Of a stretch of DNA of 64,000 bases, positions 1-14,565 are shown piece by piece (the first letter of the stretch is position 1; every line of letters starts with the position of its first letter). The DNA comes from Raillietiella orientalis (lineage: Eukaryota). Where the stretch lies: assembly GCA_036172245.1 (NCBI GenBank), contig JAYWIR010000004.1:4712001-4776000 (forward strand), read 5' to 3'. Below the pieces are notes generated by a model, which worked only from the letters and a program-made list of their open reading frames with translations, searched no databases and had not been told where the DNA came from. The translations under genes and the position numbers were made by a program.

Positions 1-1
1 T

Positions 2-124
2 AAGAAGACATCCTTATTTTTTGTAGCTATCTGCATTCTAATTAGCTTCGCGTCTCTGATTGTCGTTTTGACGATTTTCAGATTCATCTACAAGAAAAAA
101 TTCTCGAGAAAATCCAGTGAGTAA
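2..124 (+). CDS. Partial exon encoding a single transmembrane helix plus basic cytoplasmic stop-transfer segment (gene continues upstream of window)
   Basis: Frame 2 reads KKTSLFFVAICILISFASLIVVLTIFRFIYKKKFSRKSSE*, a ~22-residue hydrophobic run followed by YKKKFSRK. Possible donors are GTGAGT at 117 and GTAAGT at 121, or the frame ends at the stop at 122-124. Confidence 0.4.
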   Translation, partial: KKTSLFFVAICILISFASLIVVLTIFRFIYKKKFSRKSSE

Positions 125-1670
125 GTTTGGCAGTTTCTACATTCTTTTCCTATACTGTTTTTATATAGAATCGTAATTCGTAACAGAATGGCTGCTTTTA
201 TTTCACTGATCACACCCAACTAGTAAAACGACGGCCTTTTTCTTCGTGTAAAAGATACCTAGATGACTTTCTGCCTCAATTTCGTCCCACCTCCTCTCTC
301 TTGGTACAAGGGTCCTCCGTCTCTCTTTTCTGGAGAGGTGCAAAATTCCAAATTCATTCTCATTTTTTGATGAGTCAAGTTCGAATCTTCTTTACGTTCC
401 CAGTATTTTGGTTTTTGTCCTGAAGAAGCAGTTGTTTCGAACGCATGAAAAATGCTGTTAGCAGCAGCTGCATTTTCTGGAAAGGGAGGGAGCTGTTGTG
501 GAAAAATTCCATAACACAGTATGCTGCCGTAACGATCTATTCGGTGTTTCGGAATTATGATCTGGGCAGAATTCAGAAGTGCATCGACGGTGAACGTTTC
601 TTGTACACCCTGGATCGTAATGGGTGGCAACGGGAAAAATGTGCTCTTATCGATTTCAGGGGAACCATCTGAGACGCGACCGCTCACAGGGCCTTGCTGG
701 GGGAAACGTGATATTCCGAAAGAGTTTCGTGCGTCAGGAGATGCAAAATACTCAGCATCCAAATCTTCCGCGAGTGCTACCTTGAAAGCAACCGTAATGA
801 ATAGGAACGACTTAGCGTCCGAGTGGGAAGTTGTTCCCGGAATTAAATCCAGGAGAGCTCGAGTGGACTTCAGTTCGGAACTTCCAAATGGCTGGAATCT
901 CCGCACTTGAAATGCTGAATGCGTTTTGCTTTTTTTTTTTTCATAAGTGGGTCTCGCTGATCTTTGAGGAGTTGGGCAGTTTCTGCGCTGCCCAGGACGC
1001 GGGATTCCGTCCGTGCATGAATCTGGAAACCTGGAAGGCGGGAGCCGGCGTGGAAGCACGGAATTCCCTCGTTCGAACACGGACGAAGATGTGCGAACGA
1101 AGATGGTTTTGGTTTTTGGTTTTGGTCATGTGAACTGCACGGGGACGACGGTCAAATTTCAATGATGCATGTCTGAAGCTTTCACTGCCAGCGCATTCTT
1201 TTGCCTGGAGGATCCACGTTTTTTATGTGATTAACGGCTTGCATTTCGTGCTTGCATCCTCTCTCCCTTCAGATGTAGAGGTCTTGTGTTATTCTGAGTC
1301 AGTGGACGCTCTATTCATTTCCTGAGCAACACACGTGGTAGTTAAAGCTACCTAAAAGCGCCTTCTATGAAATTGTCATTCGCACTCTTGGGATCGAAAC
1401 TGCTTTCGGGAATGCAAATGCAAAACGTTGTAGGTACTATGTGATGAGTGGATCCTCGAGAAATCAATACTTTTCTCCACAAGCTCATGATTACGTATTC
1501 CGCTCTGAATTGCAAAATTGTGCCTCACATGGAAAAACATCCAAAAAGCAGAGTGTAATTTGCTGCGATCCGAGGAAGGATTAAGTTGAGGAATACCCTC
1601 ACAAAACGCATATCAAGAGGAATGCGTTTTGTGAGGGTATCGTTAGAAGAAAAATAATGCCGATGGCAAA

Positions 1671-1673
<3 letters not shown>

Positions 1674-1707
<34 letters not shown>
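1674..1707. repeat. (TA)n microsatellite
   Basis: About 17 uninterrupted TA units. Confidence 0.97.
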
Positions 1708-1708
<1 letters not shown>

Positions 1709-4700
1709 TCCATCGCGCGGAAAATTTTCAATTCTGGATGCGCGATTTCTTAGACAGGTCGTTGTCAGCGATGCATTTAAGATCCTTTGGATTCCATATT
1801 TCGAGATGAAACTATTAAAGGGAAACGTGATTGAGGATCCACAAATTTCAGAGAAAGCAAAGTGCGAACCATGGAGATCCGTGTGCGGACTCTGAACTCA
1901 ATGATTTGTGCGATGCGCTGTACCATTGCCGTTCCAGCCGCACGGGTGCTGATCATCTTTCTTTTCATCTTTCTATTAGAAAAACGGTAAAATCGTTGGC
2001 AAATGTTTGAAAGAAAGAAAGTAATCAGTGTTGAAGGTGACGATGAAATCCTGGCATCCTCGTCCGCAGCTGCTAAGCTGCATAGCTCCGTTGAAGAAAC
2101 GGGAAAAAATCTGGAGCCGGAGGAAATTTTCCACAGATTGAAAATGACGATCGATTGAATCCTCCACCATAATGGCGAGGTGATACAAGAACAGTTTTAT
2201 GGATATTCTCAAGTTTACTGAAAAGACAAATCATTCATTCCCGAAATTCCTGAATCACACGATTCACTTCAGAAAATCGGTCTCCAAGAAGTAAACCGGC
2301 TCCCTCATGGTAAAAAAACAAATGAGTGGTTTGCAAACTTAGCATCCATCATTTTCCTCTTGGAACACGGATTGAAAACATGCTGTATCATAAATTACAA
2401 AGATTGGATTTTTTGGACTCAAGATGTTGAAAAAATTGAATTTCGGTGTGGAATAATTTTTTTTCCTGTCTGACTGCTTTCTCATGAATGCATTAACAAC
2501 TGCAAATCCATGGCTCACTGGACAGAATTAACAGGCTATCAATATCTGTACCCTGGATAAGTTTACCTCAAATCGTTTTGCTGATGCGAAAATCGTCCTC
2601 AACGTTTTTTTTTTTGGGGGGGGGGTGCTTTCCTTTTTTCTTTTCAAACATTTGTTTTTAAAAAATCTTTCCATCATCTGCTGACGGAAGGAAAACCTGA
2701 AGAGCATCACTTGTGAGAACGCAGTCTTGTGTGGGAGTAAATGAGATTGCATTTCTTGCTACAGATCTAATCAGCAGACCATATCTGAGAAAGCAACGAA
2801 GTTGTGCCTGCGAAAATCTAATTGGGGTACCAAACGTCCCAGTTGCTTTTATTTCCTGAAATCTGGGGCATTATTTTTCCAGATGTCAAAGGAAAGCATC
2901 TGAATGTGAAGTCCTGTTCTCTTTGATCGCTATTTTAGTGATTTGCAAAATGAATCTCTTAGTGCAGCCGGTAGTCATGTGCACTATACGGAAAATTATT
3001 GCAACAAAACATCAAACTCGAACTATCTGTTAGATATCTGCACATCGAACAGGCTGTTACTGAATAGCTTGGATGTTTTTTTTTTTTGGAAACATTTAGG
3101 CGACACCTTTTTCAGATAATTTCTACAATTTCTACTCCTGGTCTATTTCGTCGTCATGTTCCGCAACAGGGCAGACATCAGTTTCTTAAGCGATAATCAT
3201 CATAGGTAATTATCGCGTTGTTTTGCAGAACAAAGCGATGAGGGCATTCTTTCCTCTCTTAAGAATTTCACTTCTTAATGTTCCTTCTCTGCTCTCTTCG
3301 CTCAGTCCTTCATTGTTCATATGTTGCTGCTTCATCTGAAACTCCACATCTACGATTTGAACATCCCGAAGCATCGGATCTTCACAAATAGAAGACGCAA
3401 GAGGCGGAAGGAATCTCTGAACTAATGATCGTATTCGAAAGCTGAGATGCATGTTGCCAAGCAGCATCCAATGACCGAGATATGCTTGCAGGCTTTTGAC
3501 CATCTCTCCAAGGCAAAGAAGGAAGCAAGAAATCCTCTTCTGTACGCCTGAGTGTACGAGGAGACTGCACGAGGAGCTCAATTGCCAGCGCTGTAGATAT
3601 GCTTGACCCGTATTGCTGGTTCTCTTTCCCAGCGACCCTCATTTGTTACTAAACTGCTGGCTTTCATTTGCTTCACGTCTCCTCATTTAGACTGTCATAC
3701 AATGGTAGATAAAGCGTGGGAATCGTTTGCTTTTGCTCTCATTTGCTCTTCCTGGGTGTACGCATTCCAAATACTGAGTCTCTTTTCTGCAGCTTCCCGT
3801 GAACCTTTCTCTATACGCACTATGTCTGTGCTGGAAAAGTTAAACTGTTGAGTCCTTCCTTCCAGGTTTTCCTTTTTTCCTTTGTTCCTCGGGTTCAGCT
3901 TAATTATTGTAATGAATTCCCGTAAATTACCCGTTTCTTTGCTCTCGCTTTGCTGCTCGTTGAAATGCAGAATTTCTCTCTGTCCAAAGAGAGGCAGATT
4001 CCGTTTCGACTCCTGGTGCTGAATGCCTGATGCTTCTCTTTCACTTTCTCTTGAAATCTCCTCTATAATCAAACCTAACTGCTTACTCAGAGAAAAAGTC
4101 AGCAGACTTTCTCTGTGGAGTTGTGCCCTGCTTATTTGTTATTCCATGTGATTTTCATTTTTATCTCCACGACTTTGTAGACCATAAATCACGTATTCGA
4201 ACGTGCATAATCTGCGTTTATAGAATCGTAATCGGAAAACCTGGAAAGATAGAAGAAAGTTTTCGAAATTCTAGAAGGCTAAGAAACCGCATCTGAAGGA
4301 AATGTATTCTTTTGTTTCGTTCAGCTGTGTTATTTTGTAGAAGTGCTCGGAACAAGGGTCGATTTTCGAAACAGGTGCACAGGAGCATCTTCTCATATTT
4401 CTGCTCTCCGAGGTCGGCATGCTGAAGGGACTTTCGCTCTAAGGAGCATCTTAAAGCTGGGGGTCAAAAATGTATTCAATGAGGAGGTTGGGAGCACCGG
4501 ATAGAGGGTAATCGTGTTTCAACACGTGTAGTTCATCATTTTTTTAGAATATGGGACAATGAAGCCATTCTTCTTCTTTTTTTCGGAAGCGAGGCATAAA
4601 TTCATGGTTTCGGGTCATCTCGAAGCAGTGCTTATTTGAATGCATGAACTCATTCTTCATATTAAGTTACATCATTAGACATCTTTCTTGGAGAATTACG

Positions 4701-6836
4701 GACGGACTCTTTCTGTGCAGTTGACAGGTCTTTTGAGATATTTGTAAGTGCAGCCTGTACTCGACCACACTGTGGTGCTGCAAGTTCTTTCCATACACCA
4801 GTTAATGAGGTCTTGAGGAATCCATGAAATTCGGTTGCTACGATTTCCACAGCCGAAACGAAAAATGCTCCGCTCTTTGAGTACGAAGCTTCTTAATTGG
4901 TTTTCAAGTTGCCGGGAAAGGTCACTTTTGTGAATTCTCTGTTTGCGTGTTCTGAGCTCTTTTGCTCGAGTGGAACCGTGCAGAGATGGTGACTCGTTCA
5001 GCATGGATTTCAAACAGGAAAACGGTAGGAAATCACACATGCCAATTGCTGGCGTTCCCCCGCGGAAATCACATATCTTGCACTTTTCTTCTCCCTGGCA
5101 ACTCCTCCACATGGAAATTGTCCTATTGGAAAACCAAAGTGATTTTCGATGCCTTCTACTTTTGCACCGCGCTTATCTTCATGAACTAGGGTCTCCGTCC
5201 TACACATCAACAACCGAATTTAGAATTTCCACCGACTTTCTACGGCTTGTCAAGTCTTCTATTGTCTTTTCGGTGCTACCACACGGGTATATATACTTCT
5301 AAAAATGCGTTCCTTTTCTTGTCCTTGGTTGCAATCGCAGAAATAGTGTGGGCTGTGTTTCCAGCTTGTTACCTCTGTTACAGATTTAAAACTTGAAAAT
5401 GCCCTCGAAAGGAATTTGGAGAAAGACTCTGCTAATGAAGACCTCGGCTTGAACATTGCAGAGCTAAGAGGGACGAAAACACCACCTTTGGGTTCTGGGA
5501 TGCAACTAAAGGTAATGTTTTCGGTCCAAATACCCGTCAGTTTGCTGCCATATAAGAATCGAAGTGTATAAAGTGCTCGAATGCCTCCGCTATCTCAACC
5601 TCGGCAAAGGCACTCTTTGCCACGTAATTGTTTCTTCATCTTTTTGATTTTCGAGAGTAGTCCATGCATAAAAAATGAAAAATTTCCATGGAGCTCACAG
5701 CACCAGCTGTTCTCCAAGGATTCAAGAAGCAAATTCAAATTTGCAGTCTCAACCTTCAAGTCTCCCCTGCTGTTCTATTTCAGACTACTAGAAATTTCAT
5801 TCGGTCTTCCTTCCCAACCTCTAAAGTGTTTCCGAGATTTTTTCGCTGCATTGGAGGTCGAGGTGTTCTCTGACTTTGAATTTTTTGAAAAAGCTGCAAA
5901 GCTCGAAGTCGCTGTCTTGGAAACTAGGTTACCTTTCAATGAGAACTTTTGACAACAAGGGCTGCAACATTGTTTCCTTGGAGATTGGCATTTATGTTAG
6001 TGTAACCCAAGAGATGGTGATGATCAACCATTTTGATGAACCGTACATGAGGGGTAAGTGATTGTATAGCATCTGAGTCCCATGTGGTACTACCCAAATC
6101 CAACTCCTCACCGTGGCAAGATACTGCGAGGAATATGAAGGAAGACACGGCTTGCCGATCACTGTCTCGTGAACACGAGATCAATCTTTCAAAGTGAAAC
6201 CTCTGTCATTGGAATCAAAACTTGGAAACCAGGACCAAACTGAAGAGTCGCTGAGAATGCAGTAAACTCTGGGCGCTGTAACTAACTCCCAGCACTACTT
6301 ATGGTTTAGTTGAACTATCATTATGAGCCCGAAGTATAAGAGCACAAGAGTTGAACACCAACTAAGATGAATTTTTGTGTTTGCTCCAGTAATCAAAGTG
6401 CCTTTGACGGCGTGCAAAAATCATGGTCTGTTACACGTCACCGCCGGCCCCTTCAATGAAGTGACAAACAATTTTGGATTTTCATTATACTAAACTGCGT
6501 TCAAAATCTTATAATGTGTCTCAAGAGTGGAGTGATAGATTCTGATTCTGCTTACCTACAGAATCTACCATATTACTGAATTTTTTGATTTGTCTCCGTA
6601 AACCTGGTGCTTTAAGCATAGTTTCCATGACTTCGCAGTTCTCAGGAGGACTATCTGTTCGGGAACTGCAGAGCTGACTATCGATTTTGATAAATTGATG
6701 GCGCTACCGTCTTCATCCTTTAGTAGGTTGCAGTTTATTAATTTATGCTGTATTTCCATTTGGAATTTCCAGTGGCAGAGGCAAAAATGAGACAGATGAA
6801 AATTTTTTCCCCTAATTTTTACGATTCTTTAGAATC

Positions 6837-6936
6837 CTGAAATTGTGGTCCCTCTACCCCGCCATTACAAAAATGTGATGGCAGGGTAGAAGAACTACAT
6901 TTCTGTAATGATGGGGTATAGAAACTACAATTTCAG
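6837..6936. repeat. Small fold-back element built from a ~32-39-bp unit (one inverted and two direct copies)
   Basis: ctgaaattgtggtccctctaccccgccattacaaaaatg matches the reverse complement of catttctgtaatgatggggtatagaaactacaatttcag at about 32/39 positions by eye. The middle segment tgtgatggcagggtagaagaactacatt is a direct copy of the right unit. Confidence 0.75.
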
Positions 6937-9900
6937 AAATTTCTTCAGTCTGTTCATCCTAAGACTTTGGAAAAGTTTTTGTTCTTCCAGTCTGGTCATC
7001 TATGAAAATCAACTACATGCATTTTATACATTTACTCATTAAAAGTATTTGGCTGTAAAGCTTCCACATGCATGTCTGCTCTGGGGATTCGACTCCAGTG
7101 GTCATTTTCCATCTTTGAAGGCATTCCAAACTAAAAAACAACTTTCCGCTTGACCAAAATTTTTTTTTTAAAATTTATAAGTTCATCATGCACGCGTTTT
7201 GATTAAAGATTTTTGAGCTCGTTGTAGATCTCAGGTAGTCTCTCTCTAACAACAGATCTTGCTTTCTGATCCTTTGCCTGAGTTTCCCTTTGAATTCTAA
7301 AGGCGAGTCACAACTGAACTCAAACAGAAGTAAATAAATTCCTCCTTTCAAAATGCAGGTAACTTCCAGCTGCTGTAAGTCATAGGAAAAACGTAGCGTT
7401 GCAAAAAACAACTTGACTCAAGGGGAAAGGACCTTTCAAGCTCTTTGCTTTCCAGAAGGTTTCAGAACACTTTCAGGCAACAGAAAGGCTTTCCTAGCTG
7501 ATGACTTTCCAGCTTGTTTCTTGGATTCCGTACTGCAGGTGTATGAGAGGACTTCTTTTATGAATTCTACCACTAATGCGATGAAGAAAAAAAAAAGAAA
7601 ACAAAAATAAGAACCATTTCATTGCCTAAATCTATTGATACCTTTCATTTGATTGCAGTAGAGAACTCTTGACTCTTGAAAAATTTTGGGTATCCTTCAG
7701 ATTCGCCATCTAGATAGCCCTGCTGATGGGAGACTTTGCTGTATTGAGAAGCAGATATTTCCTCTTTCTCGATCCTGTAAAAAGTATAAACTTACCCCAA
7801 ATAAGTCTCCGTCACTAAGAGTCCTCTGTTGCTAATAGGGCTTAAGTAGATGCAAATTTTCGTTGCTCTCCTAAATTAGTTCTAGATGTCAACTGGGGAG
7901 TCACATTTCCCCTAGAATTTATCAAGTGGCTTATCCATGCCTAAAAGATGCTTCACCATGTGTAACCAAAAGGCGGGATGTTTGATTAATGAAGAAATGA
8001 TTTTGATACAAAAAAATCGACAATTAGCAACTCCTGCTTTTCTGACTTTCTAGAGGAGTTTTTCTCTTTAAATTTTATGTAATTAGGAACTTAATTAAAG
8101 TTCTGTCTGTATCCATCCTGATTATTATGATTTTAAAATCGACGTAGGGTATAGCAAGGATAAGGAACTCCGGAAACTAATAAAGAGATGCTTGCTTCCT
8201 TTCTTTGCAAGTACCTCCTCATTCTTCGAATCACGATGCCAAAAACAAGATTTTTCGGAATTTCTTGGTTTTGGTATTACAAACAGTAAATGCTGCGTGC
8301 CAATTCCAGGAAACGACACGCTTCTTGGGAGTGGGTCTTTGTGTTGCGGCTAGAGTGGGGAGCAGGGGTCTCGTCGTTTCCGATTCCTATCTGAACTTTC
8401 AAACTCCAATGAAATAGGCTTCATTGAAATGGCACCTGGAAGAAATCGCCTCTCTCCTTGCCAATGAGTTCAGAGTCTGCGTCAAATCTAGTGACGGTTC
8501 GGTGTTGACTTTTTGCAAGATTCTTGAAAACTATCGTCGCAGATCTCGAAGAACTTAGACAATTATGGGAGTCCCTCGATGGAATAAAAGGCTTTGTCAT
8601 ATCTAAAGTCACCCGTAATCGTTTCGTGCTTTCCACTTCTTCAGTCCACAGTCTCGATACAGTGTTATGTCAGCTGCACCTAATCTCGAAGTAGAATCCT
8701 TCTCGAAGGAGCCAATGAAATGAATGCGCTGCTTGACAACATTGAAAGTATATCTTATCCTAAACCCTCTTTTCCATGTTCCAGGAAGACAACAAAGTTT
8801 TATGGGTTTATGGAATATAGGGTTGCTCATAAGCAGAGGAAATCCCAAAGCTATCTGCGGAGGAATTCTTATCTCTAACACCGTTATTTGTGAGATGATT
8901 TCGGAATTCAAGAAACTTACGAAACCGCAGTGGAAGAGGTCTGCCGAAAGGAAGTTATGACATCTAACCTTGTTTGAACTGAAAATCACTGAGGATAAAG
9001 CGAGTAACTTCAATGTTGGCATTTTAGAGATTATTGATGATTTGAATACCCGAAATCGTTACCTTTAATGAAGTTTTGTTTCCCCAGTGGTTCCTGAAGT
9101 ATTAATTCCTGCTTCCTTTGAATGTACTTTGTTTCTACATCCCGTTTTCCCAATCTGGTTGTACTTGTGTCAGTTACATTGTTTCTATCAAAACATCACA
9201 TCCGGTACATGGTTTTGTATACTTTGTTAACAACGGAGGAATCTGCTGAGATTCGCCATAAAGGTAGCAAGAACACTCGGTTTTTCAAATTTTTGTTAAT
9301 CTCAAGACTGTGATAAACTAATAAAATCATCATTTATTCTCACTTTCAGGCACTGTTGATTTGAAACACCCATTTTAGAGATTGGAATTCTGGAATTCCC
9401 TCACATTGGGAAATCTTGCCACCTATAACATATTCATTACTTCTAGATCTTTTTCTCCGCTCCTGTTTCTATTCTTCCCTGGATCTGTAGTTTAAGTTTG
9501 CAGGAAATGCAATTGTTAATCTTAATGTTATTTCCTAATAAATGCAAGCATACTATGGGCTCATCTTGCTCATAAAGGCTTTGATTTTCCAGCTCACAAC
9601 TTCCTCGAAGCTACCGATTATTTGAGATGACCGACCCATCAGCTCTAATGCAAATGAAGCATTTCGTTTTTGTTTCTTTTTTTTTTTTTTTTTTGGTTTT
9701 TTTTTGGTTTCCTTGTTTGGAGCATTGTATTGCTCTTTGTTTTCTTATTTTCACTGATAATTCAGAAGATGAATACTCGATCGCCTTCTAGAAAAATTGC
9801 ACTTTCCCAAAAGACTGCAATATAAGAAAGCAAATATCCATGAACGTGCAATAGCAAACGAAAATCGGGAGAGGCAAACCAGGTATTCTAGGATGCAGGG

Positions 9901-12900
9901 TCGATTACATCAACACAAGGGAACATACTGGCAACCAGCTAGGAAGAAACTGCCGCAAAATGCTGGTTTCAGTTCGACAGCCACTCTGTCTGTTTGTGAT
10001 GAAAATTTTTTAGCAACCTCCTTGAAGACTGGAAGGTCTGAAATTTCAGTCTACTTAAGTCTCCTCTTCTTTCGAATTCGGATCTGTACGGTTCCGAATC
10101 AAATGCTCACTCTGTCGATCGTCGGTTGTCTTCCGAAACAGACGTTATTCTCGTGGGGAAGTCCTTCATATTTCGCATGCTTGCTTCCTCATGGTTTGTA
10201 CATTTACATGTTTCAGAATTATAAATTGCATTATGTATCCATTAGAAGACTATCTTAATATCAGAAGGAAGCCTATTCTTTCTTCTCCTTTCCCGTATAA
10301 TGTCGACTGGGTGACATTCTTGTTTAATGGACGGAAGAAAACGGGCCTTATTTCCTTGTCATCTTTGTGAAGGATATTCCTGAGCTGAGGCACTCATATA
10401 TCTTGGTATTCTTAGAGGATAGTTTCAAGGTTTTGTATGTGCGCGTGTATTTGCAACTCTCTACTATCGTGGTGTCCCCTGCGAGCACTTCGGCATTTGA
10501 TTGCTACTTTCACTGGCATGTCTTGTAAATATTCCGTACACATTCGGTTTATGTCTGCTTCCCCTGGCAGAATGTCTGTTTGTTAAAGCATCCTTACGGG
10601 GAGCAGAATCCCGAAACTCACCGGTTCGTCTCCAAATCGTATCAGAAAGTGCAGCCAACTTTCAGTTTTGATTTCTTACCTCTTCTTCCTATTGACAGCT
10701 TGAAATTCGGGCTTTCTTTTCCTTGAGCATTGATTCTGTCAATTAGATGCTCTGTCAGAGCAAATTGCTTCGATTCAGTCGCTTTGGAAGGATTTCCTTT
10801 TGCTTGTAAATGCTTTGGAACCCTCGAATACAAACTGAAGAAATTTTTCCGAGGTTTTCTTTCTCTGTCTTAAATTCCCTAATCTTCCTAGAGAAGCGTT
10901 GAAATCGTTTGTTTGCAGAAAAGTTGGACTTCGTTAAACTTCTCCATCCTGAAGAAGAGGCACGACTCTCGACTTTTTTTCGGAAATAAAGTGCTCCAGA
11001 AAAGAAACAAAAGTCACTATTACACACATTAATGGATGGGCCATGTTTGTAGCCGACTTCGGGTGCACATTTCTTCAGGCGAATGTGTGGATTTTCCTTG
11101 CAAAGCATGTGGATAACAAGAAAAAACGTTTACAAACAGGGGTTACACTCATTCGGCCCCAAGTAATCCTTTATGAAGGATCCTTTATAATAGGTTCCTT
11201 GCTGATTCATCTATTGTGGTCTTTGCTGCAACAGACGATGTAGATGTACAAAAGGAGTAAATGTAATAAACAACTCCTTTTGTACATGTAAGTACTCCTA
11301 GATTTACATGCACATCTTGTCCTGCTTAAAACATCTGGATGAATATAATTTGGAGGATGAAAGTATTCGAATTTTGATTTTTTTTGTTCAAAAAGATGCT
11401 CTACAGGTGTGATTACAACATAAAAACTTGCAACTTTCTTGTGAGTTCGGAGACGTTTTAATGAATAGCAACGTCCAAGCAAATACAGAATAAGAAGTTT
11501 TTTTGAAAAACTTAGATGTAAACATTGAACTTTATAACTGTGTTTATGACCGTTTATCAGTTACAAAAGCCAAAGAATCATCTCCAATGTGCTGTGTTTT
11601 GTGCAGTGGGGCACAAAATGCAGTTGTCCGTGGCAACCTGTCCTCAACTCAGAATCGAAAGCGAGAATTCTGATTTCAGTGATCACTCGTGATCCATCTG
11701 AATTTCACACCTGGAAAGATCCGTGGGAAAAACTTGGCCACAGGACCGGAGGATAAATCGAAAGATGAATCGGTCCTTCTTTGGTTCCCAAGGAGATGGA
11801 TTGTTGATTGGTAATCTGAGCACAAACAAGGAATGATCAGATTCCCCGGAGAAAAAAATAGCGTTGGTCAATCCATTTTAAAATTGTACACCCATGAAGA
11901 GATCAAAACAACTAATTGATTAGAGTACTATTTGAAAGCTTCAGGAATCTTTGGATAGAAAGCTCAGAAAAGCTCAGAAATTGGAGACAGCTACATCATT
12001 CCAAAAATCCGGTTGTGCACTCGAATTTTTAAATTGCTTGTAAATTCTGATGTGAATTTTATAAATTTAGCCACAATACATTTCGGATTGAAGAAATCAT
12101 TCACGTAAATATTATTATTTCATTGGGACACCTACCTTTGCTGTTCCAAAACAAAAGAGGACTCCGGTTCACACTTTCTCGGATAAATAAGCACTCATTA
12201 GATAACTTATTACTGTAAACATCACCAAATAGAGTAAAAAACGGAAGGAGACAATCTATCAAGATCACGAGATATTTTAATTTGTACTCTTCAAGGAACA
12301 TTGATGAGACCCATTTAAAGAATGGAGGAGGGAAGATACGAAAAGAATTCATAACAGAAATGTCCTCCTGATTATCAAACACCAACCTCAGAGCAATGTT
12401 AAAAATGATTTAGTGGGATCTAGACGATGGAAAAACCAGCATTTTATTTTCTCTTAAAGTTGTAGCCTGGCAGAGCTCTGGAAGGAACCCATGGAAACGA
12501 TCAACACCAGCTGTTTAGTCCCAGTTGACGCACATGTTCGCTCCTTACAAAACCACCGCTGACCTTTCTACGATACCCATAACTCCTGAAACTGGGAAGC
12601 TGTTTGGAGTATTCGTTCCCCCGTTTTGAGGGAAAGAAAATGCCTTTCGAACCTGAAATTCCTTTTGCCCGAAAGCAAATAGAATTACGGCGGCTGAGAT
12701 CAAATTCTCGATCCATATGCATTTCTTCAGTTTTCCCCAAACAAATTTCAGGACATTTTCGTTCGAAATGGGGTTTTCACTGTATTCTCACTTCTGGCTG
12801 CTAACTGCAAACATACCCTTCTGTTGCTGTGGTAGTGTAATTCTACTCCTGCTGCTATAGTGCTTTCCAGAACACACTTCACCAAATTGCCGGTTTGCCA

Positions 12901-14244
12901 TTGCCTACAGGTGTTTGTTTTCTTGGATCTTTCAGTGTTCACAGAGATGTTTTGGCACTCACCATTTTAGCCACGAGACTGTTCTTAAGGCTGAAGAGAA
13001 TTCTTCTTCATTAATAAAGACGCTGCATTTCGGAACGTGGTGTTCCAGTCTTTCGAATTTTTTCCACGTGCTTTCATGATGATTAATGATTATTCCCCTC
13101 TTTTCTTTTCGTGGGCTTGGTGTTTCTTAGAAGGTTCTGATTTGAAATCTTTCTGAAGATGCTTTTCTCTGGAGGAAAACCTGTGTGAACGCCATGGTTT
13201 ACTGGATCCCTTTTTCCTATCCTCAAGGTCTTTACTGCAGCTGAAATGTAAAGTGATCTTAAAAACTGCACCTTTTTCGTTCCTCAACCCCTGCACTTCT
13301 ATTCTATGAAACTTTACTGTCTTGTTTTATTCGCGGAGGTTTCTCGATATTTGATAAGTACTTTATTTGCAAAGTTTCTATTGCTCACAGTGGGAAAATA
13401 AAAAAAAAATGGCGCTTTCATCTTGTACTTAATCTTTTTGCTTCGACATATTTTAATACCACTTCTGGTTTATCTTTGTCGAGGAGGGAGTTCTTCATGC
13501 TTCGTACTCTGGCTGAACACCTCATTAGATAAAACCTCTGACAATCTTCTATTTATAGTTGGTTTTCATTCTATTCTATCCTTCTCCCGGCCTTAACGTG
13601 TGCCTTCCCTTCCAGCCTTTCTGAATACAAACAAGGATTACCGAAATTCCTCCATTCATTCATGCAGGTCTGCTGCATCACAAGGATTTTCCGCTTCCCC
13701 TTACTGGATCACTACATTGCATTTTACACAAAATGCCATCTCGTTAGCTCATTCAGGGTCTCATTCAGAAACTTAAAAAGCTGCACAGGAATGGATGTGA
13801 GTGGCGATCCGATGTTTTCCCAACGAATTCGTTCTCTGCGATTCCATCGAAGATGTTGATTAAAGATTCCTCACGAGAAACTTTGCTGAAACTTTCTGGC
13901 TTTTCACTTCTTTTTCCTCTCCCATTTGTTCATCTTGTAAGGGAAAAAAATAAATTCCTTTAGAAAATCCCTCTCACCAGCTGTAAAAGATATAAGACTG
14001 AAGCAGACTTGAGAAGAAAAATTGCGTTTTGTTGATGTGAGATGAAGAAAAGAGGCGATCACATGCGTAGTGCTGTTACTTCCCACAGTTTTATTAGCGA
14101 TTCGTTTTTTCTAAGGGCAGCAGAACAAGTATTCCAATGGACTCTATTTTTTAAATAGATGACACCTTTAATCTTGACACTTTGGATCATTTTTAGCTTT
14201 TCTCAATTCAGATACTGTCCTTCAAAAGGTCATGTTCAAAGCTT

Positions 14245-14565
14245 CAAGTTATGCTTCCCTTGATTCAATCTATCCTCTTTATTATTTATTACATTTTAAA
14301 GATAACGTGAAAGCAATGTCACATGGAAAATCTGGTCGAGTAAGGCATTTATTTTGAAAATAAAAAATTAACCTCAAATTGTCATCAGAAATTCATACCT
14401 CACATATAGCAGCAACAGAAATGTACCTTAAATAAAAAGGTTTTTAGATACGGATACCATTACGAACTCAAAGATCCAGATTTCCTGTGGTGTGACGTAA
14501 ATGCTATCTCTAGAAATGTAATAAATAATAGATGGGATAGATTGAATCAAGGAAAGTATAACTTG
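14245..14565. mobile_element. MITE-like element with ~60-bp imperfect terminal inverted repeats
   Basis: The left end caagttatgcttcccttgattcaatctatcctctttattatttattacattt pairs with the right end aaatgtaataaataatagatgggatagattgaatcaaggaaagtataacttg. The interior is AT-rich and non-coding. No clear TSD. Confidence 0.7.

Noticed and set aside
259..1080. Longest ORF in the track (273 aa, minus)
   Set aside because: Non-ATG start, runs through a homopolymer tract, and no recognisable domain. It cannot be supported as a gene from sequence alone.
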